From NCBI RefSeq assembly GCF_006345805.1, contig NC_042997.1, forward strand, positions 42,904,001 through 42,968,000: 64,000 nucleotides of DNA, in the 5' to 3' direction. Positions within the stretch are counted from its first letter, which is position 1, and every line of letters begins with the position of its first letter. This document shows, piece after piece, positions 63,791-64,000 of the stretch. The notes below the pieces were generated by a model. It had not been told where the DNA came from. It did not search any database and saw nothing but the letters and a program-made list of their open reading frames with translations. This DNA comes from Octopus sinensis (Eukaryota). Both the position numbers and the translations under genes were made by a program.

Positions 63791-64000
63791 AAGATTCTTG
63801 ACGAACTGGCAGAAGGGTCAGCACGCCAGGCGAAATGCTTATCTCAACATTCTGAGTTAAAAATTTCGCCAAAGGATGCTTTTCATCCTTTCGAGAATAT
63901 ATTGGGTACTATAGTCCTGGATGAAAATATGGTGTGAAAATGAGATGAACTGGTCATGGCTGGAAGTTTTTGATCTCATGTCTACTTTGTCAGAGTCAAC

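Overview
AT-rich eukaryotic genomic DNA dense in microsatellites and retroposons. The repeat landscape (tRNA/CORE SINEs, RTE-tail SINEs, (TA)n/(CA)n/(GATA)n arrays) looks like a coleoid cephalopod, most likely Octopus; this is inferred from recognising the repeats, not from a search. Most listed ORFs are microsatellite artefacts. About 2.9-36.8 kb appears to be the intron-rich body of an unidentified minus-strand gene, modelled by hand from small phase-compatible exons. About 36-46 kb is CpG-richer and promoter/5'UTR-like and contains an ~870-bp tandem duplication. About 46-60 kb is a nest of insertions into (TA)n arrays: two head-to-head CR1/L2-type LINEs, a Penelope-like GIY-YIG fragment, a Helitron and a Tc1/mariner fragment. 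The most notable signal is a set of short, non-coding, mostly (TA)n-flanked islands carrying type I hammerhead ribozyme motifs. One is complete and canonical (8160-8241), and four are variant or decayed (about 3.5, 6.6, 46.9 and 57.7 kb). Two fold-back palindromes (54.2 and 57.7 kb) pivot on hammerhead-like sequence. These point to several families of ribozyme-bearing, TA-targeted, Penelope-dependent non-autonomous elements (retrozyme-like). All coordinates, alignments and folds were done by eye.
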